The position numbers and the translations under genes are program-made. This document shows positions 1 to 12,772 of a DNA stretch of 64,000 bases, piece after piece. Source of the DNA: Malacoraja senta (taxonomy: Eukaryota); the NCBI GenBank assembly GCA_038087875.1, contig CM075997.1, forward strand, positions 6,698,001 through 6,762,000, written 5' to 3'. Each line of letters begins with the position of its first letter. Position 1 is the first letter of the stretch. Under the pieces are notes generated by a model, which saw only the letters and a list, made by a program, of their open reading frames with translations, made no database searches and was not told the origin of the DNA.

Positions 1-184
1 AGACAGTGAAGGCGCAACTTTCCAACGCACCTCGTGACTCCACGTACCTCTTTTAGCTCAACGCCCCAGCCTCCACCGCACCAGGAAAAATGCCGCAGCT
101 TATCCGGCCGCTCTTATACTGAAGCCCTCCCGTCCCGGAACCGTCTGTCACAAGATACAAAGAACTTTAGGTGCTGGTTAAAAA

Positions 185-358
185 ACAGACACAACATGCT
201 GGAGTAACGCAGTGGACAAGACAGCATCTCTGCAGTACGTGGATAGATAACGTTTCATGTCATGATCTTTGTTCAGACTGATTGTGGTGGGGTGGAGGAG
301 AGGGAAAGGATATCGACGTGGGCAGGACAAAGACAGGTGAGTGATAGGCGGATACAAT
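185..358. repeat. Single arm of the same family plus purine-rich flank; copies at ~21068, ~37032, ~52226
   Basis: gacacaacatgctggagtaacgcag...gttcagactgattgtgg. Confidence 0.6.
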
Positions 359-1455
359 TAGGTTTGTTTTGAGAGACAGATTAATAAACAGCGGATAGGC
401 ATTAAAAAAACAGCCGGTGTAATACAAAATGATTGAATAGTTATGAATTGCGAGGCGGGGCCAAGTCATCCACCAGGCCAGGCTCGAACTCGTCGGACCG
501 AGGACTCGCTCAGCGAGGACGGAGGACCCACCCGGAAGGCTCGGCTTGCCCAACGTGGTCTGCGAACTCGGCCCCGAGCCACTGGCGACGAAGTGACCTG
601 AGCCGCCGAGAGCGGGAAGACCACAAAATGTTGAGAGCGATGTGGGCCATCGGGGCGTGAGGAGGGCCGTGAGACCGTGAGGGAACAGTCGGAAAACAAC
701 TGTGACATCGGAGAGCGCGAAGGGCTGTTGGAGAACGAGGGGTACCGTAGGAAAGCCGTCTGAGAGCGAGGAGGGCCGTCGGAGATCGAGGGGACCGCCG
801 GAAGCGAGGATGGCCGTCGAGAGCGAGTAGCGGCGCCTATAGCGAAGGGAGAACCCGGCAGTGTGGGGGGGGGGATACAGTGTATGGGGGAATGCTGAAG
901 GGGGGAGAGTGAGGGTGCGGGGAGGGGCGTGCAAATTAGGCTGTCTTTATTATATCTATCACCACACACATTATGCATGCTGCACATTCTTTATGTAGTC
1001 CATTCCAGATCTGCATCCCATCCCTGGACTGCTAGTATAGTTAAGATAACGCGTCACTGTCTCCCGGCAGACTTGATGCAGACCACGGGGATGAAAGCAT
1101 GTAATGTTCCCTCCGCTTGTACTGCAATAAAGACTATGAATTATTACCTCTGTGTATGGGTCTCATCATTCAACATGGTGTCAGAAAGTATGGAGCCCTG
1201 ACTCGCCTAGTTTGGTTCCAATTTGTTTTAGTTTTTTTTTTTAGTTTAGTTCGTTTTTCACTATGGCTGGTGCACTTCCTAAGCCTGAATCACGTGTATT
1301 TGATGGCGACCACGCTGTGCGCTAGCGCATCTTTGAAGAGGTCTTCACCGTGTATATCCGTAAGCACATCATGTTGCAACGCCAGATGTTACGTGATGCA
1401 GACTTCACTCTGGAAAGGGCTGAGTATCATTGTCGCGTTGCAGAGATGACAGACC

Positions 1456-3195
1456 CAATAGACAATAGACAATAGACAATAGACAATAGACAATAGACAA
1501 AAGACAATAGGTGCAGGAATAGGCCATTTGGCCCTTCGAGCCAGCACCGGCATTCAATATGATTATGGCTGATCATCCCAAATCAGCACCCCATTCCTGC
1601 CTTCTCCCCATATCCCCTGACTCCGCTATTCTTAAGGACCCTATCTAGCTCTCTCTTGAAAGCATCCAGAGAACCTGCCTCCACCGCCCTCTGAGGCAGA
1701 GAATTCCACAGACTCATCACTCTCTGTAAGAAAAAGTGTTTCCTCGTCTCCGTTCTAAATGGCTTACTCGTTATTCTTAAACTGTGGCCCCTGGTTCTGG
1801 GCTCCCCCAACATCGGGAACATGTTTCCTGCCTCCAGCGTGCCCAAACCCTTAACAATCTTATATGTTTCAATAAGATGCCCTCTCATCCTTCTAAACTC
1901 CAGAGTGTACAAGCTCAGCTGCTCCATTCTCTCAGCATATGACAGTCCCGCCATCCCGGGAATTAACCTTGTAAACCTACGCTGCGCTCCCTCAATGCCA
2001 AGAATGTCCTTCCTCAAATTAGGGGACCAAAACTGCACACAATACTCCAGGTGTGGTCTCACTAGGGCTCTCTAGAACTGCAGAAGGACCTCTTTGCTCC
2101 TATATTCGATTCCTCTTGTTATAAAGGCCAACATGCCATTCGCCTTCTTCACTGCCTGCTGTACCTGCATGCTTACTTTCATAGACTGATGTATTAGGAC
2201 CCCCAGATCCCGTTGTACTTCCCCTTTTCCCAACTTGACGCCATTTAGTAATCTTCCTTCCTGTATTTGCTACCAAAGTGGATAACCTCACATTTATCCG
2301 CATTAAAGTTCATCTGCCATGCATCTGCCCATTCCCCAAACTTGCCCAAGTCATCCTGCATTCTCATAGCGTCCTCCTCACAGTTCACATTGCCATCCAG
2401 CTTTGTGTCATCTGCAAATTTGCTAATGTTACTTTGAATCCCTTCAACCAAATCATTGATGTAAACTGTAAATAGTTGCTATCCTAGCACCGAGCCTTGC
2501 GGTACCCCACTAGTCACTGCCTGTCATTCTGAAAGGGTCCCGTTATTCCCCACACTTTGTTTCCTGTCTGCCAACCACTACTGCTATCCAAATGTGCGGC
2601 TATCACATCTTTTATAATTGACTCCAGCATCTTCCCCACCACCGATGTCAGGCTAAGTCGTCTATAATACCCCGTTTTCTCTCTCCCGCCTTTCTTAAAA
2701 GTAGGATAACATTAGCTACCCTCCAATCCACAGGAATTGATCCTGAGACTATAGAACATTGGAAAATTATCACAAATGCATCCACGATTTCTAGAGCCAC
2801 TTCCAGAAATACCCTGGGATGCAGACCATCAGGCTCTGTGGATTTTCAGCCTTCAGTCCCATCAGTCTATCCAACACCTATTCCTGCCTAATGTGGATTT
2901 CATTCAGTTCCTCTGTCACCCCAGATCCTCTGTGCACTACTATATCAGGAAGATTGTTTGTGTCCTCCTTAATGAAGACAGATCCAAAGTACCTGTTCAA
3001 CTCATTTGCCATTTCCTTGTTCCCCATAATAAATTCACCCTTTTCAGTCTTCAATGGTCCAACTTCGGTCTTAACTAATTTTCACTCTTCACATACCTAA
3101 AGAAGCTTTTACTCTCCTGCTTTATATTCTTGGCGAGCTTACCTTCGTAACTCTCCTTTTCTCCCCGTATTGTCTTTTTGGTTATCAACTGTTAT
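1456..3195 (-). mobile_element. CR1-clade LINE, 5'-truncated, inserted in old Gypsy gag
   Basis: RPHLEYCVQFWSP and KFADDTK motifs, (CTATTGT)n 3' tail, internal RT deletion near 2580. Empty site at ~53836. Confidence 0.93.
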
Positions 3196-3614
3196 TCTCA
3201 CACTAAATCTTTGGGGCCGGGTCCCCACACTGCCTATGATGTAAATGTTGCCGGCACGTTTTTCCAGGCCCGGCGCCACTCTCCCCAAGTGCCCGGCAGA
3301 TCCAATGACGGATTTGTTAGTAATTGTGTGAAATGTGGAGGTTCGCATGCAGGCGTTCGTGAACAATGCCCGGCTTGTGGAAAAGTTTGCCGCTACTGTA
3401 AACGTTTAAATCACTTCATCCGCTGCTGTTGCTCCCGTGGGAACAGAGCAGAGACAAAGCAGTCTGTGCACCTGCTATAGCCAGAATCTTCCCAGGTAAC
3501 TCCCACATCAACCTTTCAGACTAAAGAGGACATGCTGCCTGCTATCGAAGGACAAAGTATAAACATACAATCCTTGTCAGACTTGTCTTGTAAATGCCGA
3601 AATCCCATGGTCAC

Positions 3615-3818
3615 TGTAAAGGATTCATAACGAGGCGTCGTTACTTTACTATCTTTATTCATACTGGAGCATTACACATAGCACTAGCTGTATGTGGTCT
3701 GTCACAGGAACTAGAGAGCGATCTGTGGGTGGGGAGGTTGTAGATATACTTGTGATATGGGGAGTGGTTAGTAGGTATGAGGTCACTATGTTAAAGGCAC
3801 ATGCATATCTCATCTACA
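3615..3818 (-). repeat. 3' LTR of young Gypsy
   Basis: Direct repeat of 8157-8360, preceded on the minus strand by the polypurine tract. Confidence 0.97.
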
Positions 3819-3887
3819 TCTTTCCCCTTCGAAACGACAGGCAAATACAATGGTGACATGGCGACCACGGCTCATGCGCTAGGATAG

Positions 3888-6800
3888 TTAAACAAAATCG
3901 CCATAGCGGTCAGGCGGTTTGACAAGACGTCCCGCCCGGGTTCGCGTCTCGCCATCCACCCTTCCTGCAGGAGGAAGAGGCACCGGCGGGGAAAGACGAA
4001 CTTGAAAGGGAGAAACGGGAGGAGACGGAAGAGACCGCGGCACCGAACCCGGAGGGGATGCGGGGTCGGGACCGGGACGAGCGCGGGCAGGCGAGCGAGG
4101 ACTAGTCGGAGTGGGATGGAACGGAAGGGGCGGAGGAGGAGCAGAACGTTGCATGTCAGGACGGACGGGCAGAGCAACGCCCTGACGTGAAACCGGCAGT
4201 GGGGGAGCAAAGGGGTCCGCGGCAGGAGGACGCGGCTCGTTGACGAGCCGAAGGTGCTGGCGGGACCGTCGGTAAATGGCCCCAGCGTGGTCGACGAAAT
4301 AGGACCTGGGCGACCCCGCAGAGCCGACGACAGTAGCGAGCTTGGAGTGACCGGGAGTGGTCTGCATACGGACAACTTGACCGGGGAAGAGGCGCGGCAG
4401 CGGGTGGCAGGACCTGTCATGGGAACGCTTTTGGACGTCGTGCCTGAAGGCAATGCGTTTCTGAACCGCCGCAGGTGGGAGGATGCAGGGTATGAGGGAG
4501 CGCTGGGCCACAGGGAGCGGGAGTCTGGTAGCGCGAGACATGAGCCGCTGAGCAGGTGAACCCATGGCAGAGTCGCGGGAAATGTTCCGAAGGTTGAGGA
4601 GGGCCAGATGGAAGTCGGAGTTAATGCCGCCACACTGTTCCAACAGGTGCTTAGCACTGCGGACTGCGCGCTCGGCCAAACCGTTGCTTTGCGGGTACTC
4701 CGGGCTGCTGGTGAAATGGCGGAAGTTCCATCTGGAAGCGAACGCTTTAAACTCGGAGCTCGTGAACTGGCTGCCATTGTCCGACTGCAGGCTTGCGGGG
4801 GGCCAAAAGTGGCAAAATGAGGGTACAACCTGTCGATGACGGCCGAAGAGGTCACGGAATGCAGCCGGTCGACCACAAACCAGCTGGAGTAGGAGTCAAC
4901 GAGAACCAGGAAATGTTTGCCGCGCCACTCGAAAATGTCAGCGGCAAGCGCCATCCAGGGCAGTTCGGGCGCGGGCTGCTGTAGAAGCGGCTGACGCTGC
5001 TGGTGGGGGGGCGCGGCTGTTGCAGGTGGAACACGAGGAGACCCTATCCCGGATGTATTTGGCCATATCCGGCCAATAGAACTGGCTCCTGGCGAGAGAC
5101 ACGGTGGCTTCGGCCCCAGGGTGACCGCGGTGAGCGACTTGAAAATATTGGTCGTGCAGCGCCGCGGGCACGACCACTTTGTGACCCTTCACCACCACGC
5201 CGTCGTGCAGTACGAGCTCGTCCCGAATCAGGAAGTAGGGCACGGCACCAGCCGGCAGTGCCGAACGACGGTCAGGCCAGCCCTGCCGGATGACGGCAGA
5301 CAGCTGTTGCAGGGCAGGGTCATTGGTAGTGTGTTCAACCAGGGACTTCATCTGCTGCGAGGGGACGATGTTCAATCGTAGCACCAATAACTCAGACATT
5401 TCGTACTGGTGGCGAGCGGTGGACGTCAGCGGAGCGCGAGACAACGTGTCGGCCACGAACATGTCCTTGCCCTTACGATAAACCACCGTGAACGTGAAGC
5501 GCTGGAGCTGCAGCATCATGCGCTGCAGGCGTGATGAGGCCACATGGATCGATTTGTTGAGGATGGTGACAAGTGGCTGATGGTCAGTTTCAACGGTGAA
5601 AGTGTTGCCCACGATGTAGTCCCGGAATTTGGAGCAGGCAAACACCACGGCCAGTAGCTCCTTCTCAATCTGCGCGTAGTGCTGTTCGGTGGAGGTCATG
5701 GTGCGGGACGCGAAGGAGACAGGTAGCTGCAGGCCGTCATGGACCTGGAGGCAGGCGGCACCGAGTCCGAATTGAGAGGCGTCGCAGGTGAGGACAATGG
5801 GACGCTGCAGGTCAAAGAACTTGAGCGTGGGGGTGCTGATCAGCTCAGACTTAAGAATGTCAAATGCCTTCTGATGGTTGGGTAACCAAAGCCAGGACGT
5901 GTCCTTTTTGATCAGATCCCTCAGGGGAGTGCTGAGCTCGCTGAGGTCGGGGATGAACTTCCCCAGGTAGTTTACCAAGCCGAGGAAGCGTTGCAGGCCT
6001 GCCACATTGGTAGGAGGGGGCATCCCTGAGATGGCAGCCGTTTTCTGCGGGTCTGGCTTTAGCCCCTCAGCGGTGAATACATGTCCAACATAGGTGACCT
6101 CCGAGACGCGGAATCGGCACTTCTTGGGGTTCAGTTTCAAGTTGATCTGCCGGGCCCGGTCCAGGACCAGGCGGAGGTTGACATCGTGTTCGGCAACGTC
6201 CTTACCGTAAACGAGGATGTCGTCAACAATTATGGCGCAAGGCAGATCTGAAAACAACTGCTCCATGGTCCGCTGAAATACCTCGCTGGCAGAGTTGATC
6301 CCGAATGGCATTCGGAGGAACCGAAACCTTCCGTAGGGGGTGGCGAAAGTTGTCAAAATGGACGACCGCTCGTCCAGTGGTATCTGCCAGAAGGAGCTTT
6401 TGGCATCGAGGACAGAAAAAACCGTTGCTAGACCAACCTGTGCAGCGACGTCTTCCACCGTTCTCATAGGGTAGTGAGGGCGTCGAATGGCCAGGTTGAG
6501 GTCTTTGGGGTTGCTGCAGATGCGTATCTCGCTCATGTCCTTTTTAGCAGCAACAACCATGGAAGAGACCCAGCTGGTGGGCTCGACGACCGCCTTTAGG
6601 ACGCCCATTTGTACCATACTGTGTAGGGTCGCCTCCACTCTGTCCCTCATGGCGAAGGAGACACGGTGAGGAGCATGGACCACGGGAACGATCTTGTGGT
6701 CAACTACAATCTTGTAGCTGCAGGGTAGTTTGCCTAGCTTATCATCAAAGCGGTCGGGATAATCGGCCAGCGGGTCCATAAGAGTCTGCACCTGGTGGAT

Positions 6801-8060
6801 GTCCCGGTGGAAGTACACCAGTCCCATTTCCTGGCATGCCTGGATCCCCAGCAGGGGAATGCATTTTCGATCGAGGAGATAGAAGGTGAGGGGCCGAATG
6901 GTCTCTAGTATCTTACAGTGTAGCGTGGCCTTGCCCACAGGAGTAAGAATCTCCCCACCGTAGGCATGCAAGGTTGAGCTCTGAGAAAATATCTGCTCAT
7001 TAGTTCTTAACTGGTTGAAAAGGGATGTTGACATTACATTGGTCACCGCCCCCGTGTCGATTTTAGCAGTGAAGGTCGAGTTGTTCACAGTGACTTGCAC
7101 AGAAGGATCCGTTATCATAGCAGGTGCGTCCAACACGGTAAACAAGTTGGTCTCCCCCTGAGAGGAGTCAGATGTAGAAACAGAATGTTCATCGGAATAG
7201 CACTGGGAGCTGAGCTCGTTGTCAGCTTGTAGAAGGTTGTTTAAATTTCCCCTTCGAGCAGCGACAGGCTTCCCACGGGAACGACAAGCCGCAGCAAAAT
7301 GGTTCAATTTATTGCAGACATTGCAAGTCTTTCCTAAAGCAGGGCACACATTGAATTGATGAGTTGTGAAGTTGCAATTAGGGCACCTTTGCTGGGTACC
7401 TCCCCTTGTAGCAGCACCGAACCCCGGGGCGCGTCCCCCTCGAGCAGCGAGCGACCCTGGGGGTCGCGACTGGGGTGTGTTCATGAGATGACTGGGAGTG
7501 CTGGCAAAGTTGATCGCCTGCTCGGCCGGCGGCGCCGCCGAGGAAACAGCGTCAGCTAAGCGAGTAGCGTGCATGGCATCGGCCAAAGTCAGATCCGGCT
7601 TGCGCAGAAGTTCGGCCCTGAGCTTCTCATCACGGAGACCGTAAACCAGTAGGTCCCTGATAATCTCATCGTGGTTCCACGTTCGGAGGCGGCAGCGCCT
7701 ACCGAGGTGCCGCAGCGCAATGACATAGTTCTCAGCAGATTCCCCAGGGAGCTGACGCCGCGCGAACAGTTTAAAACGTTCTAAGATGCAATTAGTCGGA
7801 ATGTCACAAATAGCGTCAAACTTAGCCAACAGACATACCGGGTCCCGAGCTGATTCTCCCGCAGCGTAGACGAAGAAGTCGGAGCGAGTCAGTGCCTCGG
7901 GACCAGCCAAGTTGAGAAGCAGGGAGGCTTTGAGAGCGGGGGTGGCGTCAGGATGAGCAATCGTGAAATAGTGTTCAAAGTCACGTTTGAATATGTCCCA
8001 TCGAAGGGCGATGTCTAAATCAAAGACGAGCACATCGGGCTTACGGGCAGAAGAGGCCAT
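3888..8060 (-). CDS. Gag-Pro-RT-RNaseH-Integrase polyprotein (two homopolymer frameshifts in integrase)
   Basis: Two Cys/His knuckles (incl. CNVCNKLNHFAAAC), protease IDTGA, RT LDAKSSFWQ and IVDD, RNase H CDAS/EKELLA/TDH, integrase zinc finger H..H..CSTC, core with SNGLAERAV. Frame breaks fall at G-runs ~5005-5011 and ~4797-4802. Confidence 0.92.
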
Positions 8061-8156
8061 GACAAAGAAACAGGAGGGCGGAGGAAACAAAAAACTGGGA
8101 CAAAATTAAATGACAAACCGATAAACAGGAGGCGCAAGGTATGTTATTTGACACCA

Positions 8157-8360
8157 TGTAAAGGATTCATAACGAGGCGTCGTTACTTTACTATCTTTAT
8201 TCATACTGGAGCATTACACATAGCACTAGCTGTACGTGGTCTGTCACAGGAACTAGAGAGCGATCTGTGGGTGGGGAGGTTGTAGATATACTTGTGATAT
8301 GGGGAGTGGTTAGTAGGTATGAGGTCACTATGTTAAAGGCACATGCATATCTCATCTACA
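8157..8360 (-). repeat. 5' LTR of young Gypsy
   Basis: Direct repeat of 3615-3818 with one mismatch (tgtacgtgg vs tgtatgtgg). Confidence 0.97.
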
Positions 8361-10875
8361 GTCACTCTCCTCATTTACGGGATGAGTGATATTGCGAAGC
8401 TCGACACCGGAGCTCGTTGAAACGTTCTGTCCTTATCTGAGCTCCACAGGATTCGGAAAGCGAGGTCATCAATCAGTGCGCCGCCACGTTACTTCCATTT
8501 GTAGCGGTTGCAGTGCACCCTGTTGGAAGAGTCGCGTTCAAGAGCCACCTAGAGTCACGTCTCTACATTCTGAGCTTCTTTATTGTCCGAGAGAAAGTCA
8601 CCTGTCTGCTAGGAATAGATGTCTATAACGACCTAGGTTTGGTCACCTTCTGTACGGCGGTTCATCAACTGTCTACAACACGCAGCTCTACTGAACAGTT
8701 CCTGGAACAATACGGAAATCCCTTTGACAACAAGCTTGGCAAGCTTCCCATCAAGTACACGATCACGACCGACCCTGCAGTCCTGCCAGTTGTCCGTCCT
8801 GCACACTGGATTGCCCATGCTAAGCGGGATCGTGTACAATAAGATCTCAACAGAATAAATACTATGGGTGTGATTTCCCCCGTTGTTGACCCATCGGACT
8901 TTGTCTCAACCATGGTAGTAGCAACAAAAAAGTAATAAGGAAGAAATACGTATTTGTATCAATCCCACAAATTTAAACACGGCCATCAAACGACCACACT
9001 GTCCCATGCGCACTGTGGATGATGTTGCAGTGCAGCTGGGCGAGGCAACAGTATTCTAAGTTCTAGATGTCAAGAGTTCATTCTGGCAGATTACGTTGGA
9101 TCCCGACTCTTCAAAGCGAACCACTTTCAGCACACCCTTTGGACGCTACAGATTCCTGCGTATGCCGTTCGATATAAACACGGCAAGTGAAGTATTTCAG
9201 CGCACCACGGAACAGGTTACCCATGCTCTATCATTGTTGATGATATTCTTGTTGCTGAACAAACTGTCCAAGAACACGACGATAATTTAAAGACATTTCT
9301 GGACTACGCCAAGTTCAAACCCCTAAAATGCAAACTCGGAGAGATCGAGATTCCTTGGTATGGCAAATTACTTGGGGAAATTTATTTCGAATTTCAGTGA
9401 ACTATCGGACCCACTGTGCCAGTTATCACATAAAGACACTTTGTTCCTGGCAATGAACAACAGCAGAGGGCGTTCGACTCCTAAACAAAAAATGTTTTGT
9501 GCCCCGACCCGCAGCTACTTCGATGTTATTCTGCCTGTCACACTGACTTGTGACGCCTCCCAGTATGGTTGAGGAACAGCTTGCCTCCAAAACAACGATG
9601 TGACGAATACAAATTTGACTTTGACTTTGACTTTGAACGGGCACGGCAACAGACCTGTTGCCTATGCTTCTTGCACCATGACTGACACGGAACAACGTTA
9701 CGCTGAGATTGAAAAGGAGCTGCTAGCGTTCGTTTTCGCCTGCATGAAGTTTAATGACTTTATCTTCGGAAAAACGGTCACGATTGAAACTGACCATCAA
9801 CCCCTAATCAGCATTCTGAACAAACCGATACACGCTGCTCCAGCGAGACTCCAACGTACAAACTACAACTACAGAATTATGACATTGCTCCAACTTACAA
9901 ACGTGGCAAAGACATGCACTTGGCTGACACCCTGTCGCGAGCTCCAACAAAGACCTGCGAGAAACCATCCACAGATAATCACAATTTCTTTGTCATGACG
10001 GTTTCCTATATTCCTTCGTCCTGTTTGGAAGACCTGGCAGACCAGACCGCTGCTGACGACACCTTACGATCGCTCTCCTCTGTCACACAGCACTGGTCGC
10101 CAGACAAACAATACAGTCTACCATTCCCAATGAGGCCCTTCTTTTCCGTTCGTGACGAACAGTAGTACAAGATGGCATTATCGTAAAGGGCCACTAAGCT
10201 GTAATTCCTGCCTCCCTACACAGCAAGTACTTCGATGCTGTCCATTGGAGACATCCAGGCACAGAGACAATCATTCTACGAGCGAAAATCATGTTTTTCT
10301 GGTCTGGTCTGGCCTCTGTGGTATGCAACAGTTTGGCACACCAACAATAGCAGCCACTTCTCTCCCACGCGGTTCCCGACCTCCCATTGTCCACAGTGGC
10401 AACCGACATTTTTAATTGGCATGGCAAACAATACCTGGTTCTAGTCGACTTATTCCGCATGGTTTGAAATTGATCTACTCCGTAGCCCCATCTCCGCAGC
10501 GGTAGTCCAGAAGCTGGAACGCCATTTCTCTGTCCACGGGTCCCGGATCAACTACTATATGACAATGGCAGTGAATTTCCCAGAGTACTTCAAAATCCCT
10601 GCTAAACGCTGGGACTTTGGTCATATCACCAGCAGCCCAGAATACACACAGTCAAACGGGTTGGCTGCTCGTGCGGTAGGAGTGCCAATCAAGTGATGGA
10701 ACACCATCCGAAATCCAGCCCAAGCTGCAACAAAAACGATTCGTTCAAAAAAGATGGTATGACAAGACGGGCAGACACTACCACCACTAGCCAAGGGACA
10801 AGTGGTCCGTCTACAAACAAAAACGGTCAGGGCCGCCTCGGTGTAATATCTGGAACTGCTCCCAAGCCACGTTCA

Positions 10876-12450
10876 TTTGAATAAATTTGAATTTGAATAA
10901 GTTTATTGGCCAAGTATTCACATACATGGATTTTGCCTCGGCGCACCGCCCGCAAGTGACAACATGACATACAATGACAGTTAAGAACGATACATAAAAC
11001 ATTAAACATTACTAGTAAAAGATTATTGATTAAACATGTGAATTTAATAAAATACCAGAGCAAAAAGAGGCTACAGATTGTTGGTTATGGAGTAGAGTTA
11101 TTACTCGTGGAAAAAAACGGTTTTTCTGTCTGGCTGTGGCAGCTTTGACAGTCCGGAGTCGTCTTCCAGAGGGAAGTGATTCAAAGAGTTTTTGGCCAGG
11201 GTGAGAGTGGCTAAAGATAATCTTGCCCGCTCGCTTCTTGGCGCTTGCAGTGTACAGTTCGTCAATGGAGGGATGGTTGCAGCCAATAACCTTCTCAGCT
11301 GATTGGACGATTCGCTGCAGCCTCTGTGTGTCGTTCTTGGTGGCTGAGCCAAACCAGACCATGATGGAGAAGGTGAGGATAGACTCTACGATTACCTTAT
11401 AGAATTGGACCATCATTGCCTGTGGTACATTGTGCTTCCTCAGCTGCCGCAGGAAGTACATCCTCTGTTGTGCGTTTTTGACTGTGGAGTCGATGGTAGC
11501 CCCCCAAGTAAGGTCCTTGTAGATGACGGTTCTCAGGAACTTAAAAGACTCCACAGATGTGACTGAGGTGTTGTTGATGGTCACTGGGGTGAGGGGAGGG
11601 GGAGCTCTCATAAAGTCTTCAATCAATTCTACTTTCTTGAGAGCATTGAGCTCCAGGTTGTTGCGATGGCACCAGGATGCCAGATGTGACAATTCCTGTC
11701 TGTAGGCAGATTCCTCCCCATCCTGGATCACTCCAATCAGGGTTGTGTCGTCAACAAACTTGAGAAGCGTTCGAGAGGAGTCAGAGGAGGTGCAGTCATT
11801 GGTGTACAGAGAGTAAAGGAGAGGGGAGAGTACGCAGCCTTGCGATGCTCCTAAGCTGAGGGTTTGCGGGTCCTAGATGTGCTTTCCCAGGCTCACATGC
11901 TGCTTCCTGTCTGTCAGGAAGCTGGTGATACACCGACAGAGGGGTTGAGGCACAGTCAACTCAGAAATTTTGGAGTGTGTTCGCCCTGGCACAATGGTGT
12001 TGAATGCAGAGCTCAAATCAACAAACAAAATCCTCGCATAGGTCCGCTGGCGGTCTAGGTGCTGGAGGATGAAGTACAGGCCCAGGTTGACTGCAGCATC
12101 CACAGATCTATTGGCCCGATATGCAAACTGCACAGGATCCAGCAGGGGGGTCGTGATATTTTTCAGCTTGGCCAGCACAAGCTTTTCAAGGGTCTTCATG
12201 ACGACACAGGTCAGTGTGACAGGCCTGTAGTCATTAACACCAGTATTCCTTGCCGTTTTGGGTACGGTGAAAATAGTGGAGACTTTGAAGCAGGCAGGGA
12301 CAGGACAGGTTTGCCGGGACTGGTTAAAAATGTCTGTTAAGACCGATGCCAGTTGTTCGGCAGAGAGTTTAAGAGTTGAGGGGGAAACATTGTACAGTCC
12401 TGGAGATTTTCGGCTTTTCTGTCTTCTGAAAAAGCCTCTCATATCTTGCC
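10876..12450 (-). mobile_element. Rex1/Babar-type LINE fragment
   Basis: YRPVTLTCVVMKTLEKLV, QFAYRANRS, DLSSAFNTI and KxAQQRMYFLRQLRK motifs; (TTCAAA)-like 3' tail after AATAAA. Confidence 0.88.
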
Positions 12451-12479
12451 AGACACGACGGCGGCACGTACAGAAGCAA

Positions 12480-12772
12480 TAGACAGCACATCCTGCCTGT
12501 GAACTAAATAGCACCACCTCAGCATCATCCCGGTCGCACGTAAACTCCCATCCCCATCCAGCGGCACCTCCCCGACTACACCGCCTGGGGGGGACAGCCG
12601 TGAGTGAGGGTGACAACAAGGAACAATGGAGCCACCGTCGTGGTGAGACTGCCGGGAGGGTCGGAGAGAACAAATGAGGAGCCGGGGTGGTATTTGGTAA
12701 CTTTGTCAGCGCCGTTTTTGTGGCGACTCTAATGCCTTGTCACACGTGACAATAAAGTATTGCATCCATTCG
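12480..12772 (+). mobile_element. Non-coding retroposon 3' end (SINE/LINE-like); also at ~28295, ~44263, ~58400
   Basis: GC-rich body ending TGTGACAATAAAGTATT followed by a CATTC-like tail; boundaries approximate. Confidence 0.45.

Larger units (their letters stand above)
3615..8360 (-). mobile_element. Young full-length Ty3/Gypsy LTR retrotransposon (Mag-like by inference)
   Basis: Two 204-bp TG...CA LTRs, GTCAC TSD at 3610-3614 and 8361-8365, PBS TGGTGTCA next to the 5' LTR, PPT GAAGGGGAAAGA next to the 3' LTR. The empty site is seen at ~24436. Confidence 0.97.
994..10870 (+). mobile_element. Older degenerate Gypsy element (copy 1), interrupted by CR1 and the young Gypsy, 3' end lost
   Basis: LTR 994-1175 ending CAACA with AATAAA, PBS TGGTGTCAGAAAGT, gag knuckles CVKCGGSH/CRYCKRLNH, LDTGA, and RT/RNaseH/IN remnants with stops. 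Confidence 0.9.

Noticed and set aside
260..987. Overlapping Pro/Ser/Arg-rich ORFs (224 aa, 173 aa)
   Set aside because: GC-rich low-complexity sequence; frames shift between copies at G-runs; no domain recognised.
1456..1510. (CAATAGA)n tandem repeat as a CRISPR or satellite array
   Set aside because: No spacers; it is the CR1 3' tail.
4938..5034. Programmed ribosomal frameshift in the young Gypsy
   Set aside because: The shifts fall inside integrase at homopolymer runs, not at the gag-pol junction; mutation or sequencing error is more likely.
4002..5481. Plus-strand ORFs antisense to the Gypsy pol
   Set aside because: Shadow ORFs of GC-rich coding sequence.
11873..12673. 266-aa ORF as a novel gene
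   Set aside because: Chance read-through from a non-coding repeat into a truncated Rex1 RT; broken in other copies.
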